Source: an uncultured Solirubrobacterales bacterium
Lineage (GTDB): Bacteria > Actinomycetota > Thermoleophilia > Solirubrobacterales > Solirubrobacteraceae
Direction: 5' to 3'
Assembly (NCBI GenBank): GCA_963701195.1
Contig: OY969574.1
Coordinates: 1,884,446 to 1,948,445, forward strand
Length of the DNA stretch: 64,000 bases
A program made the position numbers and the translations under genes. Every line of letters starts with the position of its first letter. Within the stretch, counting starts at the first letter, position 1. This document shows positions 29,238 through 38,790 of this stretch, piece by piece. Under the pieces are notes generated by a model. It made no database searches, was not told where the DNA came from, and saw only the letters and a list, made by a program, of their open reading frames with translations.

Positions 29238-30069
29238 AGCTGCCTACCAGCAATCCCGTATGACGAGCGATCGCTTTGGCCTGCATACGCAGTGCAGCCG
29301 GTTCGAAACCGGATTGCGGCGAGAGGCTTTTCGGCAGCGCAAAGAGAATGAAGACGTACGTTTCGCGTCCGCCGGTGGGGCAGAGCGAGTACCGGGCCTG
29401 GCCCGAGCTGCCACGCCCGACGACCGCGCCAGATGGCACCTGGCCGGCCTGCATCCCGGTGAACGTCGGGCTGATCCGGGCCACCGCCCACGGGAACGCA
29501 AGTTTGCCGTCGACCGGTTGGGTCGCGATTACGAACAGCGCGAGTTCCTGCGTGCCATTGGGCACGCCCCGCCACTGCAACGGCGGCGATTCGTCCGCCC
29601 CGCGGCAGGTGTAGCGACTCGCGATCGTGCTCGCCGACGAACTCGCAGTGTGCGCGATCCCGGAACTCGCGAGATAGATATCGGTGACGGGCAGCACGGC
29701 GCGTTCGGCCGCCGAGATTTTGGGCTCGGGCGGCCCGTTCGGCGCCGGCAAAACGATGTGCGCGTGCCGGCGGCGCACCTTCGCGGTGTGGCCACCAGCG
29801 CCAGCCCCGCGGTTGGGGGTGACTGCCGCACTGGTCGTCGTGGGGGACCGGCTGGCGGTCGTCGCACGTGCGGCCGTCGTCGTGCTCGTCGCGGTCGCGG
29901 TCGCGCCGCCCGTATTCGAACTGGTCGGGCCGCTCGATTCGCCGCAGCCGGCGAGCGCAAGCGCGAACGCCGATAACAGCAGCGCAATCGCTGCTGGCTG
30001 CTGGCGTGCCGGGCGGCTGGAGCAAGGCCTGCCGCGCTTTGAATCTGAGTGCCGCGTGTGGTTGCGCAT
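29230..30069 (-). CDS. Lipoprotein with a degenerate YbhB/YbcL (PEBP-like) domain
   Basis: Lipobox LAG|C, Thr linker, IASRYTCRGADESPPLQW...YSLCPT; overlaps the next gene. Confidence 0.75.
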   Translation of the reverse strand: MRNHTRHSDSKRGRPCSSRPARQQPAAIALLLSAFALALAGCGESSGPTSSNTGGATATATSTTTAARATTASRSPTTTSAAVTPNRGAGAGGHTAKVRRRHAHIVLPAPNGPPEPKISAAERAVLPVTDIYLASSGIAHTASSSASTIASRYTCRGADESPPLQWRGVPNGTQELALFVIATQPVDGKLAFPWAVARISPTFTGMQAGQVPSGAVVGRGSSGQARYSLCPTGGRETYVFILFALPKSLSPQSGFEPAALRMQAKAIARHTGLLVGSYG

Positions 30070-30106
30070 CGCGATTCGTGATCTCCTCTCGCTATCCGGT
30101 ATTGCG

Positions 30107-30140
30107 ACGACGGGCCGGCAACGCTTTGCCGGCCCGTCGT
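30107..30140 (-). terminator. Intrinsic terminator-like hairpin after the 204-aa gene
   Basis: Perfect 15-bp stem ACGACGGGCCGGCAA / TTGCCGGCCCGTCGT with a 4-nt loop. Confidence 0.7.
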
Positions 30141-30175
30141 GCTGCTCTCTATGCTTCTGCTACTGGCTGTCCGTC

Positions 30176-30790
30176 CTACCCTTCGAGGTGTTCGTCGCGA
30201 TGTTTTTCGAATGCTTCAGTGGGAAAGACGCCGTTCCATTCGACCTGACCCGAGCCGACAAGCAGCGCGGTTTTCGTCTTTTCAAACGTTTCTTTGTCGA
30301 ATGTGGCGCGTTCTTCGCCGTTTTCGAGCACTCCGCCGGCCGAGCCGGAAACGCGGATACGTTCACCGGAAAGCGCGCAGAGTTCGCCCGAATAGGAGAT
30401 CCCCACGGCAACTTTTTCGACGACCAGATATTCCTTGCCTTCGACCGTCGTGATGTGGCCGGGCCACGGAAGTTTTTCCGCAGTGATGCTTTTCACCGAA
30501 CAGTTTTTGTTGTTGGTGGTGCATTCGTACAGCGGCAGTTCCGTGATTTCGGTCTTGCCATCGCCTTCTTTGTTCGAGATTTTCATGTTGTAGAGGAAAT
30601 GTTCGCACGTCGTCGTCGCGCCGGGAATCGTAAGGCTGCTGCTGAACGCCGCCCCGACAGCCGTTTCCGTGCCCGACAGTTCCGTGCCATTGAACTTCCA
30701 TACCGACGATGCGGTCGCCGTCGCAGCCGTCGCCGCGCACGCGAGCGCGGCGACGACGGTCAGGACCGCCAACCGTCCTGTAGTTCTCAT
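30176..30790 (-). CDS. Small secreted 4-Cys protein, divergent member of the ~200-aa family
   Basis: Signal ...ATATA|SSVWKFNG; Cys spacing (TTC, YEC, KNC, ELC) mirrors the family. Confidence 0.7.
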   Translation of the reverse strand: MRTTGRLAVLTVVAALACAATAATATASSVWKFNGTELSGTETAVGAAFSSSLTIPGATTTCEHFLYNMKISNKEGDGKTEITELPLYECTTNNKNCSVKSITAEKLPWPGHITTVEGKEYLVVEKVAVGISYSGELCALSGERIRVSGSAGGVLENGEERATFDKETFEKTKTALLVGSGQVEWNGVFPTEAFEKHRDEHLEG

Positions 30791-30837
30791 CTGAATATCA
30801 TCTCCTGGTAGAAAACGTTATGGAAATCGTGGCGGTC

Positions 30838-31707
30838 TTAGTGTGCGTTGACGGACCCGACAGTCGCAGTGAAGATCGTGTTCTTCAACTTTGCGACGTT
30901 CGTTTCCGCGGCGGCCGGCAGACCGACCTCGGCATCGACGATCGGGTCGACAAGGAACGAAATGATCCCGCCGCAACCCGTCGCTTCGGGGGCTTTCCAG
31001 TCGTTTTCCACGAGTTCATTTTCTTTGATTTCGATGAGTTCTCCTTCTTCCTTGAGTTCCGGAATGCCCGCTTTCCCTTCGATCGATTTAGCCGCAGGCG
31101 TCGGGCCGGTCGTCAGGTTCCAAATGATCGGCGAACTGCTCGAACCGATGTAGCACGACTTACCCAGGAACGGGTTTTCGAGATGCACCTTGACCGGCAT
31201 GGAAAGCGCGATGCCTTCCTTGATGGTGAGGTTGAACGTGCTCAATTTGATTTCGCTCGCCGGCTTTGCCAGTTCGAGTGTCGCGTTGAGTTCGAAGAGT
31301 TTATTGTGAATGAAGTATTCCTCGAGCAGTTTTACCAGGAACGGCTCGCCTGCTTCCGGCACGATCCCGAGCAGTCCACCTGGCACGGGCTGCGCTGCCT
31401 TCGACAGCGTTTCGTTGTTGCTGGCGGCCGTGAAAGGCTCGAAGCCCGTTTCTTCGTTTTCCGCGCCGACCCCGCCCTGCAGAATAACTTTGTTGACGAT
31501 CGGCGTCGTCTTTTTGCCGAGCACGATTTCGCCGCCGTTCGTGATCGAGTAGAGGCATTTCCTGACGCCCGTCGTTTTTGAGGGGCACTGGGCGAATTTC
31601 GTCCATACCGTTTCGGCCGACGCGGTCGCGGACAGACAAAGCGCGGCCAAAGCCGCCCCCAGCAGCGCCCGGAGGCAAAGCCTCAGAGTCCTTCTCTGCA
31701 TTCGCAT
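30838..31707 (-). CDS. Secreted 4-Cys protein of unknown function (~290-aa family, member B)
   Basis: Signal ...SATASA|ET; FAQCP...RKCLYS, KSCYIGS, ATGCGG. Confidence 0.8.
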   Translation of the reverse strand: MRMQRRTLRLCLRALLGAALAALCLSATASAETVWTKFAQCPSKTTGVRKCLYSITNGGEIVLGKKTTPIVNKVILQGGVGAENEETGFEPFTAASNNETLSKAAQPVPGGLLGIVPEAGEPFLVKLLEEYFIHNKLFELNATLELAKPASEIKLSTFNLTIKEGIALSMPVKVHLENPFLGKSCYIGSSSSPIIWNLTTGPTPAAKSIEGKAGIPELKEEGELIEIKENELVENDWKAPEATGCGGIISFLVDPIVDAEVGLPAAAETNVAKLKNTIFTATVGSVNAH

Positions 31708-32043
31708 GAAGCGTATCCCTTTCGTTTATCGAGTGATCACAGAGCAATTACGACTTCAACCGTCTTGTTTTACTGGCAGCTTGCGCTCCCCTTTCATGAC
31801 CCGATCGCGGACGATGACCCGATCGCAGACGCCGAGACGTGCGCAGACGGCGATCTGGCCGCCAGCACGCAGGCTGCATAAGTCCTACAGGACCACGCTG
31901 TGAGTGTCAACGATCGGGCGATCTGCGCTGAGTGTAAACGCCGTCGACCGACCGGCGAGGAATGCCAATCCTCATTACCAAAGCCAAATCCATTCTTAGA
32001 CCCAAGCTCTGAGACGATGAGAAACATCGGTTCTGAAAGGCCC

Positions 32044-35000
32044 TTATAGTGCTATGTTCTTGTGTCTGGCGGCGACTTGTTTGCCGACGGTGAGCGTGAG
32101 TGTGAGTGTGAGGTGGGTCTTGTGGTGTCGGTGCGCCGCGGTCCGTCTGCTCGCCGTGTACGCGAGGGTGTAGCTGTGCTTGCCCGGGCTCACTGCGCGT
32201 CGTACGAGCGTTTTCAGGCCGTTGCCCGCGATCCGCAGGCGGCCCTTCATCGTGGTCTTGACGGTGACGGTCAGCCCGTGCTTGCCGGCCTTCGCTTTGA
32301 CGAGCTTGACTTCGGGCTTGGCCGGCGGGCAGCCTTCGATCTTGAGTTTGACGTTTTCGTTGTGCGGGAGGCCGTTCTGGGCGGTCATGTCAACCGGGGC
32401 GACCATTTCCTGCCCGCACTGGCTGGCCTGGGCGCGTCCGACCGTGCGTGCGCTGGTGAACTGCGAGTACTGCTTGTGCGGGAGGCTCGCTTCAAACGTG
32501 CTGAACGGCGCGTCCGGGACCGACGGGAACGTGACCTTCAGCACGCTCTTGGAGGACACCGACGATTCGCCTTCGACTACGAGGGTAACGCCTTCACCCT
32601 GAAGCACCATCGCGACATTCGGAAATTTCGCGCTCCCATACGAGACGAGATAGATCGGGCCGCTCAGCGGATTGGAGAGGATCGGCGTGTGCACCGTCGC
32701 GGTGCCGATACTCGACGCAGCCGGACACGTAGCGGGGTTAGCTTCAAATGTTGCCGCCAGGCAGGCCTGGCGCAGCGTTTCCAGCCTGACCGGCAACTGC
32801 GTCGGGAACGAGATCGTGGTCTTGGCGATGTTGGACTGCGTCACCGACGGGTAGGCGATCTTGACGTTCACGCCCGTGCCTTCGGCTTTGCTCGCCTTCG
32901 CTTCGGTCGCGATCGTCGTCGTCGGCGTAAACGACAGCGCACGGCAGTCCTGTACCGCCAATGGGCTCGAAACGTTCTCGCGCGCACCTTCGGCAGAGCC
33001 GATCGTGCCAGTCGTCTGCAACGACTGGCAGCTCGTGGGGTTCAGCACGAATTCCTGGTTGCTGATCGAGAGCTGCGCGAAGCGGATTCGCAGCGGCACG
33101 CCGTCGAGTATCTGCGGGAAGTCGCTGCTCGTCGCGTCGACCTGCGCGGTGCGCGGGTTGACCGTCAGCGCGGCGCGCACCAGCACATAGCCGAGGTTGA
33201 ACGGTCCCGCAGTGGCGGGCACGACGATCGACAGGCCGAACGGCGCGCCTGCGTAGGGGCCGGTGAAGTAGACCTTGCCCGTCACGTAGTAGGGCTCGCT
33301 GCCCGACCCCACCGCGACAGTCGCTGTCCCGATCTGGCTCTTCGGGGGGCAGACTTCGGCAGCCTGCGAAGCGAGCGCAGCCGGGCACTGTTCCACCCGC
33401 GAAACGTACGCCAGCAGCCCGGGCGGCAGCGTCGTGGCGAGCGAGAGGATGCTCTGTTCGCGATCGCGCCGTTCCATCGTGAGCACGAACGGGCTGGTGG
33501 CGCCCGCCGCGTGGCTCGTCGTATCGGCCGTGAACGACGGCGCGAACGGCGGCGTCACAGGGCACGGTTCGCCCGCTCCGTTCCAGTCGACGTTGAAGTA
33601 GTCCGACGGGAACGCTTCGCCGGTGTACGGCGAGGCCCACGAGCTGATCTGGCCTTCGCTGACCGCATTCCCGCACGTCTGCGGGTTGGCGAGCGGCGCG
33701 CGCGCGCCGCCGGCCGTGGAGACCGTCAGGCTCGAGAGCGGGAACTGCGGGTTTTCTTCGAAGATCGTCGTGATCCGGCCGGTTTCCGGGTCGACCGACG
33801 CGTGCCCGGCGAGCTTGATCACGACACCCGATTCCGGCGCCTGCAGTTCGAGGTAGACCCTGAACAGCCTGCCCTCAGCCGCGTACTTCGGGCTGCATTC
33901 TTCCTGACCCAGGCCGCCGCATTCGGGCTCAGCGACAAATAGATGCCCTTCCAGCTGATCGTGAAGCAGTGGCGTGCTCGCCCTAACCGTCGCGATCTGC
34001 GACGCTTCCGGGCAGTGCCCCGCGGCAAGCCGCTTGAGGCCGTCGGCGCCCATTTCTTCGGATTCTTCGCCTTCGATATTGATCCCTTGCGGTCCGGATT
34101 CCTGGCAGGCCTCGAGCCCGTTCGCGCCCGAAGGCGAGATCGTCGTGCCCGCGGGCAGCGCGACCGTGACATTCTTGACCGGCGGGGTACCCAAGCCCGT
34201 CCCGCCGTTGGGCGCCTGCGGGACCTTCAGGCCCACTTCGTAACCCGACGGCGCAGCCGCTTGCGTCGTCTGCGGCTTGACACTGAGCGTCGAAGTGAAG
34301 CTCAACAGGTTGCAGCCTTCGAGCTTGGAGAACGCGAGAGCGGAGCCTTTGAGCATCACGCCCGGTTCCTTCCAAGTGTCAAATTCCACCTGGGCTTCCC
34401 TCGCGGACTGATCCGCTTCGCAGTCGCTCGGATCCGTCACGAACGCGCCGCGGTCAAACGTGGATTCTTCCTGGTTTTCGCGGATGTAGCGTTCTTCGAT
34501 ATCTCCGTAGAACGTCGCGATCGCACCGACAAACGACGCAATGCCGGCTATGTCTGGAACGGCGACACGCACGACATAGTGCCCATCGCGTCTCACCACG
34601 GTCGCGTACATGAAGAACGTAAGATTGTTGAATGCAAACGCGAACTCCGCTGCATAGCCCTTCTCCGGGGTAACGCTGTAAATCCCGCGTACGTGCGTCG
34701 GATCGACACTGTGCGCGAACACGTGGTTCAAGATCATCGGCAAAATCGATCCCGCTCGGCTCGACTGCGGACAGCCACTCAACGCGTTCTTTGCTTCCAC
34801 AAGCGACGCCGGGCACTGATTCAGAACAGTCGGGTTACCGAGGAACCCCAGCGGCAGATAGAATTCGAGATTCTTCATCGGCTCCACCGGTTTAAATTCT
34901 TCGATATTGCTCACATTTTCATCACGCATATCATTTGCGGTAAACGTCGTGACGGTAAGATTTGGATGCCCAGCCGCCTGTCGAAACGGTTCACCAGTCG

Positions 35001-35574
35001 GCCCTGTCTCCTGAAACCCAAATTGCTCTACTCCCGAAGGAGCAGTTTCGTGTTCACCCCCAACACGCGTGACCGCTTCATCGCCGGCGCTTTTAGCTCC
35101 ACCACCACTCACGCTCGCGACATCGCGCAGCAGACCTTCAATGTGGCTTTCGACTTCATATTCCACGGTCACGACCATGAACCCGGTCGGGACCGTAGGT
35201 TCAAGGTAATGGCATTCAACTTCAGTGCCACTCAACAAGGAACATTCCGATGCTTCTTCAGGTTCCGCCCTGGTAGCAGTAACCTTCAACCCGGCCGGCA
35301 GCACATCTTTCACCGTCACTTCGCCACCACTCGCCAACCCACCGATGTTCTCCACAATCACATAATATCGACCCTTACGATTCACGCCCTGCGGCTGAAC
35401 AGTGGGAAACGCCACAACCGTCGCCTGCCACGCCGGCGCCGCCGCACCAGTCACAGCAACAGCCCGCACCGCACCAAACCACAGACCACAAACACACAGC
35501 GCTACCCACACACCGGCAAAACGCGACCCACGACCTGCGGTCAACGATCGGCACCCGAAAACGCGAACCATCAC
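32044..35574 (-). CDS. Large (1176-aa) secreted modular protein, copy A
   Basis: N-terminal signal, four C..CPxxSx(I/A)(G/A) modules, basic C-terminal tail; start overlaps the upstream stop (TGATG). Confidence 0.85.
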   Translation of the reverse strand: MMVRVFGCRSLTAGRGSRFAGVWVALCVCGLWFGAVRAVAVTGAAAPAWQATVVAFPTVQPQGVNRKGRYYVIVENIGGLASGGEVTVKDVLPAGLKVTATRAEPEEASECSLLSGTEVECHYLEPTVPTGFMVVTVEYEVESHIEGLLRDVASVSGGGAKSAGDEAVTRVGGEHETAPSGVEQFGFQETGPTGEPFRQAAGHPNLTVTTFTANDMRDENVSNIEEFKPVEPMKNLEFYLPLGFLGNPTVLNQCPASLVEAKNALSGCPQSSRAGSILPMILNHVFAHSVDPTHVRGIYSVTPEKGYAAEFAFAFNNLTFFMYATVVRRDGHYVVRVAVPDIAGIASFVGAIATFYGDIEERYIRENQEESTFDRGAFVTDPSDCEADQSAREAQVEFDTWKEPGVMLKGSALAFSKLEGCNLLSFTSTLSVKPQTTQAAAPSGYEVGLKVPQAPNGGTGLGTPPVKNVTVALPAGTTISPSGANGLEACQESGPQGINIEGEESEEMGADGLKRLAAGHCPEASQIATVRASTPLLHDQLEGHLFVAEPECGGLGQEECSPKYAAEGRLFRVYLELQAPESGVVIKLAGHASVDPETGRITTIFEENPQFPLSSLTVSTAGGARAPLANPQTCGNAVSEGQISSWASPYTGEAFPSDYFNVDWNGAGEPCPVTPPFAPSFTADTTSHAAGATSPFVLTMERRDREQSILSLATTLPPGLLAYVSRVEQCPAALASQAAEVCPPKSQIGTATVAVGSGSEPYYVTGKVYFTGPYAGAPFGLSIVVPATAGPFNLGYVLVRAALTVNPRTAQVDATSSDFPQILDGVPLRIRFAQLSISNQEFVLNPTSCQSLQTTGTIGSAEGARENVSSPLAVQDCRALSFTPTTTIATEAKASKAEGTGVNVKIAYPSVTQSNIAKTTISFPTQLPVRLETLRQACLAATFEANPATCPAASSIGTATVHTPILSNPLSGPIYLVSYGSAKFPNVAMVLQGEGVTLVVEGESSVSSKSVLKVTFPSVPDAPFSTFEASLPHKQYSQFTSARTVGRAQASQCGQEMVAPVDMTAQNGLPHNENVKLKIEGCPPAKPEVKLVKAKAGKHGLTVTVKTTMKGRLRIAGNGLKTLVRRAVSPGKHSYTLAYTASRRTAAHRHHKTHLTLTLTLTVGKQVAARHKNIAL

Positions 35575-36185
35575 ACACCCCTCCGACCCAGCCGCTTACC
35601 CTGCACCCTCAACGCACGACCCCGTCGCTTCCTATGGACCTTACTGCTCTTCTTACGGGTCTTTTTGCTCTTTGACGGCTTGCCAGGCTTTTTGGTCACG
35701 CTCGCAGGCCGCGTACCAGAACCCCGTCGCCGACGGAAAGTCGCCTTCAGCGGCGCTCGCTGCCACGCCAGTCCCGCCACCCACCGGCACGGCACCTTCA
35801 CAAGTGCTCGGTACGCATACAGCGGACTCGCCCTGTACAGGCCCAGGCGGAAACCCACCACCAACACGCGCATCATAAATATCACGCTGAAACCCATCGA
35901 CGTCACTAGTCAACAACGGATCCGCCGTCGATACCAGAACATTCGAACCATCTTCATCCATCCCATAAACGAAAGCACCACACGTAGACCCTTTATTCAA
36001 CTGCACATCACGACCATCCGACAACAAATACACTTTACCCGCAGAAATTGGGCCTTCACTACGAAACTCATACACACTTTTACACCCAAGTGACGACGCA
36101 GACCGAGCACGTGGACTCAATTCACCCGCCGTCTGAAACACCACCGTCCTACCATCAGACGACACATCCAACCGATTTTCAGAGG
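32073..36185. repeat. Direct repeat block 1, copy A (about 4.1 kb), near-identical to 40403..44514
   Basis: Translated ORFs are identical in several frames at offset 8330; the only difference I saw is the extra A at 35720-35721. Confidence 0.9.
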
Positions 36186-37893
36186 TTTTGTAGTCGAATG
36201 CGTGACCGACGAGAACATTCTCTAGCGACGCTCGCGGAATTCCTTCCGTTACACTATTGCCGTTATCGTTGAACCCTTCTTCGCCTTGCGTTACCCTCAC
36301 CAGTTCCCTTGTTTCCGTGTCGTACTCGAATAGTTGAGTGAGTCCTTCGCGTGTATCATCGGGCGTAACACCTTCTGCGGAGCTGACAAACAGTAGAAAC
36401 TGACCATTTTCCCCGGCGGCCTGGACGGGGCGGATGAACTGTCGTTCCCAGTCTTCTTCGTCCGCATTGCTCAGCGTCGCGATGAACGATGCTGCTTTAC
36501 TTTCGGTGTCATACACATACAAGTTTGGCTCACCCACAATCGGTCTATGGTGGAACTCGTTTTCACCCCCTCCAGGAACTTCGTCCTCAGCCACGAAATA
36601 GATATGCGAGCCGTCCTCTGCAATACCAGCAACACCACGCACGTTACTAGCGCCACCTGCGACAAGCGCCAACCGACTGTGCGCCGGCAGCGCAAAGTTA
36701 TACTCATAAAGATTGCACCCTTTACTACTACTCGCGCAGCCATGTCCTTCGGCTGCGTTCCCACCGGTAGTCAGATCGGCCGCGCCTTCCGTCAACTTCT
36801 GCGTGCTCGTGAAGAATACCTTCTCTCCGTTTTCCGAAGCGCCCTCAAAATTCTTCCCCGATTCCACTTCGCATTCGGCCCCACTACATTCGCGTTCGGA
36901 GATATCAATTGTTTCCGCCGGCATAGGCGTAGTCATCGCACCATGCAGACGCGCATAAACTTCCGTAGTGCTCGGCGCAGAACCGCAGGGATCAACCGTA
37001 AAGAAGATACTTTCACCATCACGAGATATCGCATTATATACCGCACCTTCACCACCAAAGTGCACGCCGCAATCTGCGACCAGTTCATGCCTCCCTTTTG
37101 CGCCCTTTTCCCCCACCAACACCGGCGCTTCATTATTTACCCCACTATATTCATACAACGACTTATCTACAGTCGTTTTATCAAACGGCCAAATAGCCTG
37201 GGGTTGTTCCGCCGCCAGCACGACATGCTGATAGTCGCTGGTAGCCCCAACTGGTTCGTCAAACGGGACAGTAGCCGCTTCTATCACGTCTTCACCTGCT
37301 TCGCTGCTGAGAGCATCTGGCGTCACCGACCCTACCCGAGCGTACGTACCCCCAGCCGAGCGAACATACAGTTCCGCCGTTTTAGCCGACTGGTGCGAAG
37401 TATGCTGTACCCACAACGACAGTCCGTTCTCCGCTTCAAAAGCATACCCAAGCTCCCCCACGAACTCACTCAACGGAGCATTCATCGCCGACAACCGCCA
37501 ACCACCCACGGTTCGTTCATCTATATACAAGTTGGGTTTCAAGCCGCCTTCACCCGTCCCGGGCGTACCGGCAAGCCCCCCCACGCTGTCCAGGATCGCT
37601 TTTTCACCATTCGCGGCGAAGCTTTGGACAAACATGGGATACCCGTCCTTATATGGCGGCGTCACCATCTCATATGCACGGCAATCGGGAAGCAGGCTGG
37701 ATCCGAGCGACGATCGCAACGTTTCATTCTCACACACAGTACCGTCGGCGCTCCCGCAGACACCCGCCGCGAAAACCAGCACGACCAGCACCGCGACCAC
37801 CAGCCGTTCACTGCGCCGGCTCTGCAGAGCAGCCACGGGGCTACCTGTCCGGGTCACGTGTCCACCCACTTCCCTATCGGCCATGCACTCCAT
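35571..37893 (-). CDS. Secreted beta-propeller (TolB/WD40-like) protein, copy A, with a +1 frameshift at 35720-35721 (likely artefact)
   Basis: CRAYEMVTPP; repeated (I/A/V/M)SxDGxx(I/V)FF blades; DIYDARVGGGFP; the duplicate at 44049 lacks the extra A. Confidence 0.8.
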
Positions 37894-37942
37894 TACCTCT
37901 CCCTCGACTCTTAAATCCACTATAGGTGCTACTTGCGATAGT

Positions 37943-37982
37943 GGGTGGGACACCGTTGCATGACGCGCACGGTGACCCACCC
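37943..37982 (-). terminator. Conserved hairpin between the small secreted gene and the beta-propeller gene (copy A)
   Basis: GGGTGGGACACCG...CGGTGACCCACCC; the same stem with a different loop occurs at 46269..46309. Confidence 0.55.
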
Positions 37983-38004
37983 TTATCTGCTTACTACATT
38001 CGCT

Positions 38005-38631
38005 TTACGTGAAACTCCACGGCATGTCGCTTGTCAGATGGAATAAAGCACTACCTTCAATTTTCGCTTCGGCTTCCCCGACTTTGAGTTCTCCAGGTGT
38101 CGTTATCAAGGCGCTTATTAACTGCCATAAACGTTCGTCCTGACCCGTGGGCGCTAAGATCGTCGCAGTACCTGTGACCGCTTGCTTACCTTCTGCGGCG
38201 CATTTTTTTTCTGGCTTGAATTCAAACGTAGCAAAGATTTTCCCACTAGTATCGGGTTTAACAGTGGCTACTGCCGCTAAGGCGCCCTCTAATGTCACTA
38301 ACCCTTCAATGGGAAGAGTATGTACTTCAGGTTTAGTAAGTTCGCATTCAGCTGGCGTAGCTCTACATTCTAAGAATAAAAGACTAGTTGCTAAGAACTT
38401 GTCAGGCTCGCTGATTACCCCGCCATCAACTTCGAGTTTCGGGCACTTAATCGTCAAAGTACTCCAACTAAGTACACCTTCTTTGTCGGTGATAGTCGAA
38501 GGTGAAACTGCCGTCGACCCTACAAGTAACGAACCTAACACTAACCATCCCGCCTGTGCCGAACCCGCAGCGATCGCGCTGAGCGCAAACGCCGCAAAGG
38601 ACGCTAGAACGAGTATTCGTACCTTGGACAT
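38005..38631 (-). CDS. Small secreted 4-Cys family protein (member 2)
   Basis: Signal ...GSAQA|GWLVLGSLL; C-terminal DMPWSFT; AGGAGATC RBS; 13 TTA codons. Confidence 0.85.
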   Translation of the reverse strand: MSKVRILVLASFAAFALSAIAAGSAQAGWLVLGSLLVGSTAVSPSTITDKEGVLSWSTLTIKCPKLEVDGGVISEPDKFLATSLLFLECRATPAECELTKPEVHTLPIEGLVTLEGALAAVATVKPDTSGKIFATFEFKPEKKCAAEGKQAVTGTATILAPTGQDERLWQLISALITTPGELKVGEAEAKIEGSALFHLTSDMPWSFT

Positions 38632-38790
38632 AACTGATGTGATCTCCTCTCGCTTATTGAGCTATCGGTGCACCCTCGCAAACGAGGGCACTCGCCGTCA
38701 GCCCCGCACACCTCCTTATTGGGCGCGCAGACCTCGACGTATTCTTCGTGCGGTTATGTCCTCTCCTCTCTCTTAGCCCACACCATGCAA

